Of a stretch of DNA of 64,000 nt, positions 28,201-40,770 are shown piece by piece. The notes below the pieces were generated by a model. It made no database searches. It was given only the letters and a program-made list of their open reading frames with translations, and had not been told where the DNA came from. Each line of letters opens with the position of its first letter. Position 1 is the first letter of the stretch. Origin of the DNA: Octopus vulgaris (Eukaryota). The stretch is taken from the NCBI GenBank assembly GCA_951406725.2, contig OX597818.1:96844001-96908000 (forward strand), in the 5' to 3' direction. Position numbers and translations under genes: made by a program.

Positions 28201-28721
28201 ACAATTCTGCCAACTGTGAAATCAATAAACTTGCTAAGCCACTGAAGCCGTTCAACTTGGAAAGCAATCATAACGCTGTTACAAAGGCTCATTCAACTGG
28301 CAATAAAGCTTTCGATTACCATGAACTTGGTTATGATTATGACAATCTTAATTTCCATGGTATGACCATTCCTGAATTGGAAGAACACCTTAAAGAAATA
28401 CAACATGAAGACAGAGTATTTGCTGGTTTCTTACTTCGTACCATTGGTCAATCTGCTGATGTCAATTTCGACATCTGCACCAAAGATGGTGATTGTGTGT
28501 TTGGAGGTACGTTCTGTATTCTCGGTGGAGAACATGAGATGTTCTGGGCATTTGACCGTCTTTTTAAATATGATATCACCTCAAGTTTGAAACAACTGCG
28601 TTTAGATGCTCATGATGATTTCGAAATAAAGGTTACCCTTAATGGTATCGATGGTGGTATCTTACCACATGACTATCTCTCTCCCCCCACAGTTTTCTTC
28701 ATGCCAAAGAAAGATCATTAA
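13260..28721 (+). CDS. molluscan (octopod-type) hemocyanin subunit, 7 functional units a-g, 12 coding exons
   Basis: join(13260..13295,14687..14714,15952..17184,17928..18390,19171..19952,20162..21403,22194..23441,24029..25047,25410..25650,25751..26409,26738..27320,27502..28721) = 8754 nt, 2917 aa. All introns are GT-AG and phase-compatible. Each FU has the CuA (HG..CxHG..WHR) and CuB (HNxIH..HHS) histidines. Phase-1 linker introns precede every FU. Confidence 0.96.
13370..14530 (+). mobile_element. stack of ~5 decayed family-1 SINEs in hemocyanin intron 1
   Basis: Core CTTTCAT(C)CTT.CGGGGTCGA and tail ..CCTTGTGCC.AAA...GAAACC recur about every 230 bp, all in the same orientation. Confidence 0.7.
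14687..14714 (+). CDS. hemocyanin exon 2 (28-nt signal-peptide micro-exon, FWLCGYIAE-G)
   Basis: Strong polypyrimidine tract plus TAG acceptor and a GT donor. Length 3n+1 bridges phase-0 exon 1 to the phase-1 FU-a exon, giving MKIPCLFAIVFAFWLCGYIAEG-NLIRK. Confidence 0.78.
15952..17184 (+). CDS. hemocyanin FU-a exon
   Basis: NLIRKSVETLTEDEVLNLQVALR...; acceptor TTTCAG, donor GTAAGT. Confidence 0.95.
17928..18390 (+). CDS. hemocyanin FU-b exon 1
   Basis: VRKDL..CCVHGMSTFPHWHR; followed by a phase-2 internal intron. Confidence 0.95.
19171..19952 (+). CDS. hemocyanin FU-b exon 2
   Basis: HNAIHAWVGG..LHHSQVDRLW; donor GTAAGT. Confidence 0.95.
20162..21403 (+). CDS. hemocyanin FU-c exon
   Basis: CCHHGMATFPHWHR, HNHIH, HHSNVDR. 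Confidence 0.95.
21630..22103 (-). mobile_element. non-autonomous Helitron-like element in the FU-c/FU-d intron
   Basis: Minus strand ends CCGTCActttTGACGG (hairpin) + 11 nt + CTAG and starts TACTATAATAATA; internal (CA)n. Confidence 0.6.
22194..23441 (+). CDS. hemocyanin FU-d exon
   Basis: IRKNLNSL, CCIHGMPTFPHWHR, HNTIH, HHSNIDR. Confidence 0.95.
23547..23859. repeat. ~150-bp tandem duplication in the FU-d/FU-e intron
   Basis: TTGAGTCAACAGAAAATTCATTATTC...GGCAGTTAGGCAGTT at 23547-23691 and 23695-23859. Confidence 0.9.
24029..25047 (+). CDS. hemocyanin FU-e exon 1
   Basis: VRKNVERL, CCLHGMATFPHWHR, HNAIH, HHSNVDR; phase-0 donor GTAAGT. Confidence 0.95.
25410..25650 (+). CDS. hemocyanin FU-e exon 2
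   Basis: ICVEGGECHEGSHFAVLGGSTEMPWAFDR. Confidence 0.94.
25751..26409 (+). CDS. hemocyanin FU-f exon 1
   Basis: IRRNVDSL, CCLHGMPVFPHWHR, HNSIH, HHSM. Confidence 0.95.
26738..27320 (+). CDS. hemocyanin FU-f exon 2
   Basis: VDRLWAIWQALQ...LGGDNEMPWHFDR. Confidence 0.94.
27502..28721 (+). CDS. hemocyanin FU-g exon (terminal)
   Basis: IIRKNVNSLTP, CCQHGMVTFPHWHR, HNAIH, HHSNTDR; stop TAA; no FU-h follows. Confidence 0.96.
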
Positions 28722-28795
28722 CATGTTCTTATCATGTACTTGATTAAATTTGCATAATTTTTTCTCGTTCTTGATGCACTTTGTTCTTTTTATTC

Positions 28796-28801
28796 AATAA
28801 A
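28796..28801 (+). terminator. polyadenylation signal
   Basis: AATAAA 75 nt after the stop, with T-rich sequence downstream. Confidence 0.7.
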
Positions 28802-30461
28802 TGATATCTCAAGTATATAATTTTGTTTTTCTACTTACTTCCAGTTTTTTTGTGTCAGAATACTCTTTTCGCTTTTTTTTGCATGACTTTACAGCGCCAT
28901 CGACATGAAATTACACAACCATTTCTTATACCGTATAATTACTTTTACTTTGAGGCTTTAGACTTCTATCTTTAAACTTTAGCACTGCTTCTCGATTTTA
29001 TATTCGACAATCTAAAACATCCTATTTTTTAAAGTAATATATTCTGAAGGACGCAGAACTGAGTGAAAATTTAGATACATGCGTACTTTTGTGAATTCCC
29101 CTCCTTTTGAGATGAGTTTAAATACCATCTTTGTTTAATGTCAAAGAGAATTTGTATTTTATTATATCAATGACTGTCGGCAGCATTCCTTTTATTGGAA
29201 CTTTTTCTCATAATGTCTCAAGGAAGGTTTAGTAAACAGCATCAGTTTACTAAAGGCATCTCCTTGTCAATGACTTAGCCAAATAGTAAATCTACGATAT
29301 TTGCAGTCATTGGATTTTAAGCGATTAGTTTTACACATCTTCCTGTCGGCACACACATTTTTGCTCATCTAATCGCTCGTCAGACCTTACTTTAACAATA
29401 TACTTAATCTTTATTTCTGAAGTGTCCATCTGCTTCATTTTCTTTCCAACCCACATTTTCCCACAAACGTTGACTTATATCAACAGTATCAAACTCAGCA
29501 ATATTGGACAAGCTATGAAGTCCATTATCACTACCCTTCGTTCTTGTCTGTACTATTAAAATTATTGACGCTCACTTAATACTGAAATTGAAAAATAACC
29601 AGATGTGTATTATCACGTTTTTAACTGCTCATGTGTTATGGGTCTGTGACTCGCTATTAAAACTGTTTTAAGAACCAAGACACTATATTAATCAATATAA
29701 CCATATATTTTCCACGAGAAATCACAATAAAATTATTCAGTTAGTCCCTTTATTTCTACTCACATTATATCCTGTTACCATTTTATAGTTTTCTAATAAA
29801 AAAAAGAAGAGTATAGTCTTAATAACAATCGGAATATCCTACTTAACGTTGCATACTGTAAGAAATCTTAATATTGTGGTATTCGTCTTGAGGAAATATA
29901 TTTTTATAGACGCGTAGCATTAAAAAGTACAGAAACAGCAGCAACTGACGAAAGTATACAGCACCAGCGGCAGAACTGCCAGGTCACGTGATTTCTACCT
30001 AGTTACATGCCATCAGTAGTAGGTATCCGCTATCACTGCATGCTAGCATATAGAAAACAGTGACTGATTGGTCACTGGTGCTGAAAATAGCTGGTTGGGC
30101 AAAAATCAGTTATTATCGACGGAAATAGCATCAGTACTGAACAGAAGTCCTTGTATCCTACTTAACGTGAATATACTTTAAGGGCGCCATAATACTGCGA
30201 TATTCACCTTGAGAAATCCTCTCATATAGACGTATTTCTAAGAACCACAGAAATATCGGTAGCAAACGAAAAGTGTCTAGTCCTTTTCTGTCGAAAAACA
30301 AAACTACTTCCACTCGAATTCAGCCATCCTCACCATTGCATTAGCAAAGCAACCTTATTAATCGACTATATGTCATCCATAATTTGAATAACATCATTCT
30401 TTTTTCTCAAATAATTTTTACAGAGACAGTTGCTGCACTTATAGCCAATATTTAGATAGTG

Positions 30462-31128
30462 AAGGCGGTGATCTGGAAGAAACGTTAGCACGCCGGGCGA
30501 AATGCCTAGCGGTATTTCGTCTGCCGTTACGTTCTGAGTTTAAATTCCACCGAGGTCGACTTTGCCTTTCATCCTTTCGGGGTCGATAAATTAAGTACCA
30601 GTTACGCACTGGAGTCGATGTAATCGACTTAATCCCTTTGTCTGTCCTTGTTTGTCTCCTCTATGTTTAGCCCTTCGTGGGCAATAACGAAATAAGAAAC
30701 ATTAGCACGCCGGGCAATATGCTTAGCGGCGTTTCGTCTGTTTTTACGTTCTGAGTTTAAATTGCACCGAAATCGACTTTGCCTTTCATCCTTTCGTGGG
30801 GTCGATAAATTACCAGTTGCGTAGTGGGGTCGATCTAATTGACTGTCTCCCCAAAAATGTTGAGCCTTGTGCCTAAAGAAGAAAAGAACATCCACACACA
30901 CTTACATTTTAAGGGCAGCGAGCTGGCAGAAACGTTAGCACGCCGGGCAAAATGCTTAAGGGTATTTCGTCTGTCTTTACGTTTTGAGTTCAAATTCCGC
31001 CGAGATCGACTTTGCCTTTTATCCTTTCGAAATCGATAAATTAAGTACCAATTGCATACTGAGGTCGATCTAATCTACTGAGCTCCTCCCCAAAAATTCC
31101 GGGCCTTGTTCCAGGAGTAGAAAAGAAT
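30462..31128 (+). mobile_element. composite of three family-1 SINE units (tail B, tail A, tail A)
   Basis: Three repeats of the TCGACTTTGCCTTT..TCGATAAATT core; flanked by the near-duplication AATATTT(A/G)GATAG. Confidence 0.85.
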
Positions 31129-31289
31129 ATTTGGATAGCGTTTCAATAACGTTTTCACCTAAAGTAGGTAACGAACCTTCAACTCCTAGTACCAGAAACG
31201 CTCTAACAGAGTTTGATTTTACTGCAAGTGGGATAATTGTCGCAAATGTAGATGCACTACAGCTTATATTCCAGCAAATAACATGTACT

Positions 31290-31572
31290 AAATACTCGGG
31301 TCGACCAAAGCCTTGTGAGTGAACTTGGTAGACGGAAACTGAAAGAAGCCTATCGTATATACGTTTATGTGTGTCTTCATGTCCTCACCACCACTTGACA
31401 ACGGTGTTGGTGTGTTTACGTCCTCGTAGCTTAGCGTTTCGGAAGAAAGACCGTTAGAATATTCACCCGGCTTAACAAAAAATAATAGGGTTGATTAATT
31501 CGACTAAAGATTCTTCAAGGCGGTGCCCCAGCATGGCCGCAGTCCAATGACTGAAACAAGTAAAAGATAAGT
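31290..31572 (+). mobile_element. 3' part of SINE family 3 (LINE-derived tail)
   Basis: GACCAAAGCCTTGTGAGTG..TTGGTAGACGGAAACTGAAAGAAGCC, shared with 57980-58030; tail GGCGGTGCCCCAGCATGGCCGCAG. Confidence 0.75.
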
Positions 31573-31576
31573 GGTG

Positions 31577-31612
<36 letters not shown>

Positions 31613-31904
31613 GTTCGCATAACATTTATATATTTGTCATGTGAACAATGATATTTTGAAAACAAATGAGTTTGATATTTAATTTCATTTTAACTTCATA
31701 TACTTATATTTGTGTATGAGAAACTGATAAACTACATACATTTTACGATAAAAACTTGCATTTTTATTTTGATTAAATTACCAGCAACTTCAGAACAAAA
31801 CCTTTGAATGTTTTTCGTCTGCATTCAGCGTCTCTTACTGTCACTCATTCCCACTCCGTTTGTTGTTTTACACTTCTTTTTCCAGCGCGATCCAATCTCA
31901 CCTA

Positions 31905-32426
31905 CCGTAAACCCTCGAGTATAATCCGCATTTTTTTCACAATATTTAAAGGTCAAAATCCCTCGTGCGTACTATATACGAGGTTAAAAATGAAAAATAT
32001 TTACTAAGCAATGTTCGAGTCTCTATTTGTTGTCCGGCAATGTTTATTCAGACGCATTTTATGATGTTGGGCGCGAAACTACCTTAAGCTAAGCTTGAAA
32101 GCAATGAGGTCATAAAAGAATCATCCATAACTTGCAGTAAGCAATATTTATTAAAATAAAAGTATTCAGAGCACAGAATAACATGTAGCAAAAACAATTT
32201 GCAAACATATTTACATTCCCATATAACAGTTAAGAAAATTACCATTATTATATTACGCATGCACAGAAGTGTTTGTTCGACTAGCTGCTGCTGGTTTAAT
32301 TATGCACGACTCAAATTAGAGAAGGGGTGCGTATTATACACAAGGTTTAGGTTTTTCAGAGGTACAGCCCCCTAAAAATCCCCTGCGTACTATACTCAAG
32401 AGCGGACTATACTCGAGGATTTACGG
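31905..32426. mobile_element. MITE with ~24-bp TIRs (Tc1/mariner-pogo type)
   Basis: TA|CCGTAAACCCTCGAGTATAATCCGC ... GCGGACTATACTCGAGGATTTACGG|TG; no ORF. Confidence 0.75.
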
Positions 32427-33180
32427 TGTGTTTTCCAGCAAACTCAGTTGTGACTACATGGAATTGAGTGTATAGTCTCTTGTTGCGTAATACTTCTTTA
32501 TGTCCTCTTTGTACTTCTTGCTTTGTCTTTTTTTCCCTTTTTTTCTCTGCTTTCAATACTCCCTCATTCCTAACTAATACTAGCAAGTTTTCCTTACTTT
32601 GGGATAGGTATCTCAGTAAGCTCCCGAGTTCGATACATATGCAGTCTTCCACATTAATCAGTCCCCTTCCTCCATTTGCTCTCTTCATGTATAGGCGATC
32701 AGTGCTGTACGTGGATGATGAGCTCCAAGCATCGTTAAGAACTTTCTTGTCCTCCTGTCCAACTCGTTTAGCTCCTTTTCTGTCAACTTCAGAATTCCAG
32801 CGTCATACCGAACTACTGCGACTGCGCGCGAGTTTATTACCGAAATTTTGTTCCTAGCATTCAGCTTTGAAGCCAATATTTTTCTCACTCACTTTTCCTT
32901 CATATTTTTGTGTTAAAATCCATCTGCCTCAAGTATTCCCAAGTATTTGTATCTGGATTCAGGTTCAATTGCCTTCAGCATTTCACCACTTGGCATACAT
33001 ATGCCTTGTGTCCTGACAAGCTTTCTTCGTCTCATCACCTTCGTAGCACATTTTGAGAGTCCTGAATCCATCCTGGTATCATTCGAGAAAATTCACGCAG
33101 ACTGGACTAGGGTGTCAAGTTCTGCCTCGCTTTTATAAACTACTTCAACTCATCCATGAATAGCAAGTGGTTCAGTTTAC
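32427..33180 (-). mobile_element. R4/Dong-like (RLE) non-LTR retrotransposon RT fragment
   Basis: NHLLFMDEL, YKYLGILE, ARNKISVINSRAVAVVRY and MKRANGGRGLINVED; abuts (TAT)n. Confidence 0.8.
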
Positions 33181-33214
33181 TTATTATTGTTATTATTACA
33201 ACTACTACTATTAC

Positions 33215-33333
<119 letters not shown>

Positions 33334-33345
33334 TTCTTTCGTAAC

Positions 33346-34040
33346 ACAGTGTAGGTTAAAATGCACCGGAGTCTTTAGTCAGCTGTCAAGTCACAACAAA
33401 GACCTCAGACAGATAATATTTTCCTGTAAGGGTACGTTTTGCAAGACGCCAATCTTGCAGTGGATTTCCAGTTGCCTTAAGAAGTTTTGAAGTTTCAATG
33501 GGATTGGGCCCAAAGCTCCGATCACCACTGGTATCACTTTTACATTACCCTCTCGCATTCCATACAGTCTTATTTCCACTTTCAATTCGGAGTACATGGT
33601 GATTTTTTTTTTACTCATAACATTCATGTCATTTGGTATGGCTACATCAATGGTCTGACAGTATCTGTCTCTCTTATTCAATATGACAATATCCAGTCAA
33701 CGGTGTTCGATTACACGATCTGTCTGAAAACATAGTCCCTGAGTTGCGTTATTTTTCCATCCTTCTGTATAACTTTACTTGGTACATGCTCATGCAAGTT
33801 CTCTGGTATTAATGGCATAAGAGCTTATGAAGATACATACACACTTTATCGTCGCGGCGCTTTTATTCTTTTTGTGCAAGGCTCTCGCATCCACTTACCA
33901 ACTGGGTCGCATTTTCTTTCCCTGTGAGATATCTAAACTTCTGGTAACTATTACCCCTCCTGCATAGATCAATAAGTTAGTGTCTCCTATATTTTAAGTA
34001 TCAATCCTACTGGTAACAGAATCTGCTTTCCTAGTCATTT
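33346..34040 (-). mobile_element. R4/Dong-like RLE-domain 3' fragment
   Basis: CESLAQKE..RRDDKV, IDVAIPND and VIPVVIGALG: restriction-like endonuclease C-terminus; lies between microsatellites. Confidence 0.7.
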
Positions 34041-34041
34041 C

Positions 34042-34732
<691 letters not shown>

Positions 34733-35288
34733 TGAGTGAGAGAGCAGTTCATGCCATCAAAGTGACACTGGGGTAAAATATACGAAGCCCAATATACCCA
34801 TCATGACTACCCGTCTGATAAAGGTACACCAGGCACATGCATCACAACCATATGTGCGCGACATGGTGATCTCATATCAAGATAAACAGCACATGACCTT
34901 GCAGGTGGAGCCCAGTTAGAATTTTCTTCAAGTTGAGTAGCCCATCCCGCTCAAACGGTCCCTGAATAAGGGTTGTTTAAGGATGTTGAAAGAACCACCC
35001 ATGTTTCCAGAGGTGAACTATTCAAACCCCAAAGAATCCCTCTCAACACATGGCTATGATGCTCCCCCACTACTTCTGCTCGTGATCAGAGATGCACATA
35101 TCGTCAGCCACTGAGGGACATGCTCAACTGGTTAAGGTCAAACAACTGACAAGCAAATCTGTGGTATTGAGCAGAATATTTGCTGTAGCCCATCTTTTAT
35201 AGCAAGACAAAACAATGTACATGATAACACTTCCAATCAGTTAAGATCAGAAGCCATGAGAGCCACTGCCTGGTACTGCATCAGGGCA

Positions 35289-35290
<2 letters not shown>
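34733..35290. repeat. ~550-bp unclassified interspersed repeat, copy 1 (copy 2 at 62824-63356)
   Basis: ATCAAAGTGACACTGGGGTAAAATATACGAAGC...CTGCATCAG occurs twice at high identity; both copies end in (TAT)n. Confidence 0.85.
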
Positions 35291-35325
<35 letters not shown>

Positions 35326-38300
35326 TTGCTCTTTATCACAGGTTATGTTGGTGCTCCTGGAGTCTTGCATGCGTAGCGGGCTTACTTCCTGCAGCCTACG
35401 GTACCATGCTATCCGTCCTTTTCAGCTATCTAGTATTTTCCTGATTATTCTGGCCGTGCCAAGGACGCAACCCTTTTGTAACAGTTCTACTGGGCACGCT
35501 ATTCCAATTTCCTTTATATTCCCCTTGATGCCTTCTGATACTGTTTCCAAGGACCCAAGATAGTACCAAGGTATTGGCACTATCTTCACCTTCATTTTCC
35601 ATAGCCGGGCTATTTCGTACATAAGATGGTTGTATCTATCTTTTCATCTCCCTTCTTGACTATTTGTGGGTCAAAGGGACATGCAACGTCAACTATGCAT
35701 ATGCAGTCTTCCACATTAATCAATCCCCTTCCTCTATTTGCTCTCTTCGTGTATAGGCGATCAGTGCTGTACGTGGATGATGAGCTCCAAGCATCGTTAA
35801 GAGCTTTCTTGTCCTCCTGTCCAACTCGTTTAGCTTATGCGGTGCACCTTGTCCATCACCACTAGATCCAGTCTCTTATGTTCTAGCACCTGATCTGTTT
35901 GGAGTGGAAAATCCCAGAGAATTTTGCTATTCTCCGAACCTGCCACTCTCAGCAGTGTGTTCTCATACCACGTCTCGCCTTTCCCTAACCTCCACTTTTC
36001 GCACAGTTGTTTCGATACCTGGTCGTGTCGCCACAACGTGTAGTGGTTTTGGGCAAGTCTAGGGCATTCGTTCGTGATATGAGCAATGGTTTCAACCATT
36101 CTATGTCAGATGCGACACAGCGGAGACACTTGCTCATTCCTAAGGTTAACTCTCTAGTCCGTGGTGAAATCTTGGTCTTGCGCTGCCAGTATAGTGTTCT
36201 CGGTCTCTTTGTTGTGGGGACTCCTATTATCAACCAATCCCACCTATTTTTCCAGCAACTTCTGTTGTGGTTACATGTAACTGAATAGGCAGTCCCTTCT
36301 TGCATAATTCTTCTTCATGCCCCTTTTGTACTTCATTCGTTTTCCCTTTTTTCTCTGCTCTCAATACTTCCTCGTTCCTAACTGTCACTAGCAAGGTTTC
36401 CTTACTTTGGGCTAGGTATCTCATTAAGCTCTCGAGTTCGATACGCACACAGTCTTCCACACTTATCAGTCCCCTTCCTCCGTTTGCTCTTTTCATGTAT
36501 AGGCAATCAATGTCTGCACATGGATGATGGGTTCCATGCATCGTTAGGAGTGTTCTTGACTTCCTGCCCATCTCCTTTAGCTCCTCCTCTGTTCACTTCA
36601 GAATTTCAGCATCATACCGAACTACTACGTCTGCGCACGAGTTTATTGACGAAATTATGTTTCTGGTATTCAGCTTTGAAGCCAATATTCTCTGCACTCG
36701 CCGCAGGTACTCTCTTTTTGTCTTTTCCTTCATTTCGAGGTGTTTGATTCCATCTGTCTCAAGTATTCCCAGGTATTTATAACTAGATTGAGGTTAAGTT
36801 TCTTTCACTATTTTACCACTTGGCAACCAAATGCCTCCTGTCCTGGCAAGCTTTCCTCGTCTCATCGCTATTTTGAGAGTCCAAACTCCATCTTAATATC
36901 ATTGGAGAAAATCCGCACAGACTGTACTAAGCTATCCAGTTTTCCCTCAGGTCATCAATGAATAGCAAGTGGTTTAGTTTTTCCTTACCACTTCCCAGAT
37001 CATACCCCAACTTTGTTTTCTGTAGTGTTTCACTCGAGGAGATCGTTCCCAACACGATTATCAGTGGAGACACACTGTCCCCCTTGAAGACTCCTCTCTT
37101 GATTTTTACCTCTCTTAATACTTACTTCCCTGCTATCAATTACGTTCGCCAGCATTTCATGCTATTCCATATAAGGCTTCTCATATTCTCTGCTACTCCA
37201 TGCATTTCCATTGTTCTTATTATCCAAGAGTGTTATATCATATCGTATGCTTTGCGATAGTCAACCTATACCATGTATGTCTTCTCCTGCAGTTCCTGAT
37301 AATTAGATTATAAATTAAGAGCTAATCCTTCGTTCCCCGGCTCCTTTTTCGGCACCCTTTCTTTTCAATGGGTATCAGCCCACTTTTTTCCAAGTACCCA
37401 TACAGTTCACCGACCAAAGCACCTGACATTAATTTCCAAATTAGCGGGAGGCATGCTATTGGCCTAAAGTTGGATGCAACAGTTCCCTTTTTAAGATCCT
37501 GGCCACATAATAATGTCTTCCCCTTTGTCATCTAGCTGGGTTCTGCACCTTCCTGCAAGCACTCATCTAGTTGTTGTGTTATCCATTCATCGAGCCCTCT
37601 CAGCTTCTTCATCCAATAACCTTGGACCCCATCTGGTCCTGGACTCTTCCAAATTGGGAATTTCCTCATTGCCTTTTTATTATTTCTGTAATTATCTTTA
37701 TTGTCTTCTTGGACTTCGTATCTATCTTGAATTTCATGCAACCTCTCTGCTTCATCATTATGTTCACAGGTTGGTCCCAGGTACCTCTCCAGGATGCCTT
37801 ATTTTCCTCTCATCTGTTATCATTGTTACGTATATTTGCCCATCTACTTCCTGAAACAGTTTCTTCTGATTTACTTCAAACAATCTATTTTGCTTGAACC
37901 GTTTTTTTTTTCTATTGCCATATCTTTCCAGTTTTGCTTTGATTGCTACTACTCTTTCTTCCAATTATTCCAATATCCCATCATAACCTTTATCTCTTAT
38001 TCTATATGTTCTTTCCAGCATTATTCTTCTGTTTTCGTTCTGAAATTTCCCATTTCTCAACCTATCAACTTGTCCTAAATGTCTTTTTAACCTTGTTTGT
38101 TTCTCACAAATTCGTCTACGCCAGTATGGTTCTTTACGTTCTGTTTGTTCTTTTCTTTTGTATCTAACTCTGTCTGTAGCAACCATAGCTGCAGTCCAAA
38201 TAATCTTGTCAGTCTCAGTTATATTTCTCGTCTGGAATAGCCCAAGAAACGAATCTATCTTTTCGGTTTCAACTTTGAGCTTGCGTCGATCAATGTACCT

Positions 38301-39420
38301 CAGGTTGGGAGTGGGTGCTTGATCCTGGTCTTCTCTAATATATTGGCAGAGCGTCCTCACTATGTCTTGATGGTCATCATCGTATTCTTGTGATATAGCT
38401 CTTCCTATTAATTCTGCATCATTTGCTGGGAATGCATTTACTTTTACACTTTGCTCTACGTCTTCACTGCTGCCTTCCATTTTTCTTTTCTTACTGGGCA
38501 CGATGTTATCTGTTGGTAAAGTATTATTTCTATCTTCTACTTTCCTTTTTATCTCTTCTATTTCCATGTCTGTTAACTACCCTTTTGCTCTTATTCCTCT
38601 AGCCTGATCGGCTACCCATTGCTCACTATCTCATCCCATTTTACTTTCATTCGATGTCGGAATCCCCTTCTGTTGAGTTCACTCCTGATCCAGTATTCAA
38701 TTACCGTTCGGTTGGCCTCCTTATTTCACCTTCATCTCTGCCTCTCGCTTTTTGTACAAGCAGTCTCTGGATGACGACTGGGCCTGCCACACAGCACCTG
38801 CCGGGCGAAAGGCTTTCACCTTTGGCTCCAGCCTCATTAACACCATTATTTGATACATTTGCATTAGACATTTTCGTCAACATTGAGGTATATGTTTTAA
38901 GGTTAGCCGCCAACCGGTATTTTTATCTAGACACCATCTCTAGTAAGATTGTCAACCAAGACAGCAGTGCTCTTACTACCCATAAGTTGGGTCTGTTCCC
39001 TTCGCATTTCTGTATATTGAGGATCATGATCGTGATTCTCACTAGGAGACAGGTGAGCGTAGGTTGATCCCTTATCTTCATACAAATATTGCTCAGGAGT
39101 TAAGCCCACTTCGCGATTCATTTGCCTTCATCCCTGGCGTGGAGCCGTTGGACACTGACAGGTTGACACCACTGTAACTAAGGTGTCCTATCTACTCCAG
39201 TTTTATATCAAAGTGTTCTTTCTCCAAGACAGACTATCAACCAAAGCTCACGAAATCTATCTACCCGTTTTCGGAAAGGCCATTAACTCTTTTGAGTTTC
39301 TCTGCTCTTTGCCGAGTTTTGTTTTTAATCCCACAAGGTGTCGAAAATCCACCCTCCTCACCAAGCAAGCTTAGTGGGGTTGCCAGTTTAGTCGCCGACG
39401 ACTCGACGGCTCTACAACGC
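35326..39420 (-). mobile_element. near full-length decayed R4/Dong-like non-LTR retrotransposon
   Basis: Fragments in order: N-terminal region, WKSPGPDGVQGYW, NFRPIACLP, GVFKGDSVSPL, NHLLFIDDL, GGRGL, ETIAHITNEC..RHDQV, ILWDF, DVACPFD, LLQKGCVLGTARIIRKIL; 3' end runs into (TAA)n. Confidence 0.85.
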
Positions 39421-39683
39421 CGCATGTTAATCATTCTGGGTAATTATCAATCTGGATAATTATTTACTTGGTTACTATTATAGTTTCACTATTACTACTA
39501 TAATCCCTATCTTGTTATTTACTTGTTCACTACTATAGTTTCACAATTATCACTATACTTATATCATTACTATAAGGCTTAGAGGTCCTAATATTATCTC
39601 CCCTGATTTCTTTAGGCAACAAATGATGACAGATTTACGGCTGTTGGTTTAGTTACTGATGATGCTGCGGCGCTAAATGGAAG

Positions 39684-40096
39684 AGTGAGCTGGCAGAATC
39701 GTTAGGACGCCGGGCGAAATGCTTAGCGGTATTTCGTCTGCCGTTACGTTCTGAGTTCAAATTCCGCCGAGGTCGAATTTGCCTTTCATCCTTTCGGGGT
39801 CGATAAATTAAGTACCAGTTACGTACTGGGGTCGATATAATAGACTTAATACCTATGTCTGTCCATGTTTGTCCCCTCTATGTTTAGCCCCTTGTGGGTA
39901 ATAAAGAAATAGGTATTTCGTCTGCCGCTACGTTCTGAGTTCAAATTCCGCCGAGGTCGACTTTGCCTTTCATCCTTTCGGGGTCGATTAAATAAGTACC
40001 AGTTACGCACTGGGATCGATATAATCGACTTAATCTGTTTGTCTGTCCTCGTTTATCCCCTCTGTGTTTAGCCCCTTGTGGACAATAAAGAAATAA
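39684..40096 (+). mobile_element. family-1 SINE dimer, both units with tail B
   Basis: Head + body + tail, then the body restarts at GGTATTTCGTCTGCC; flanked by GAAGAGTGA (39680-39688, 40097-40105). Confidence 0.88.
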
Positions 40097-40286
40097 GAAG
40101 AGTGAACTTCTAATTAGAAGAGTCTACTAATACAGGTTGTTTGATTGAACTGGTAGTTGACATACCTATTGGTGGAATGGGGATGGGTGAGAAGGGATTT
40201 CTGAGAGGAACATTTACACGTCGGACATAGCATAGCTAAGATATAGAGATTTATAAACAACATCAAAGTTTTAAAAAGTATAGTAA

Positions 40287-40531
40287 TCTATATAAATAAA
40301 ACTGAGAATGTGTGTTTGTCTGTCTGTGTGTTTCCCTAAAACTTGAGAACTACACAACCAATTTCATTCAAATTTTACACATGCCTTACTTAGGGTCCAT
40401 GTAGTGTGATGGGCAAAAAAATGTTTAACTTCTTGCCTAGAGCGAGCCCAAAGCAATATCATATCTTCTCCACTATTTCAGTATTACGTGTTAAAAGTGA
40501 AACAAAAACATATCTCTATTGTATGTATATG

Positions 40532-40588
<57 letters not shown>

Positions 40589-40770
40589 CAAAATATAAAG
40601 TTATATCTTGAGATCGTTAGTGACAACAACGCTCAAAATATATAACAGACTGGAATAGTAGTGCTCAAATGAGCTGTATACACTTTTTAATCCGAGGGGA
40701 GGCAATGCGAGCAGCAAACTACAAGAGCACTACAAAATCCACAGAAAGATCAAACACATACATATATTCA
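40287..40770 (+). mobile_element. Helitron-like non-autonomous repeat, 5' part (second partial copy 57437-57630)
   Basis: Starts A|TCTATATAAATAAAA followed by a GTCT-type microsatellite. ACTTGAGAACTACACAACC...CATCTCTATTGTATGTATATGGATG is repeated at 57437-57630. 3' end not identified. Confidence 0.5.

Noticed and set aside
16005-28590. Short alternative-frame and antisense ORFs overlapping hemocyanin exons
   Set aside because: Shadows of the real coding frame.
28722-30460. An eighth functional unit (FU-h) or further hemocyanin exons
   Set aside because: FU-g ends in a stop followed by AATAAA, and no copper-site motifs occur downstream.
39300-39450. Possible HDV-like ribozyme at the 5' end of the R4/Dong-like element
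   Set aside because: Only a GTCG/CGAC hairpin followed by TAA is visible; I could not assemble P1-P3.
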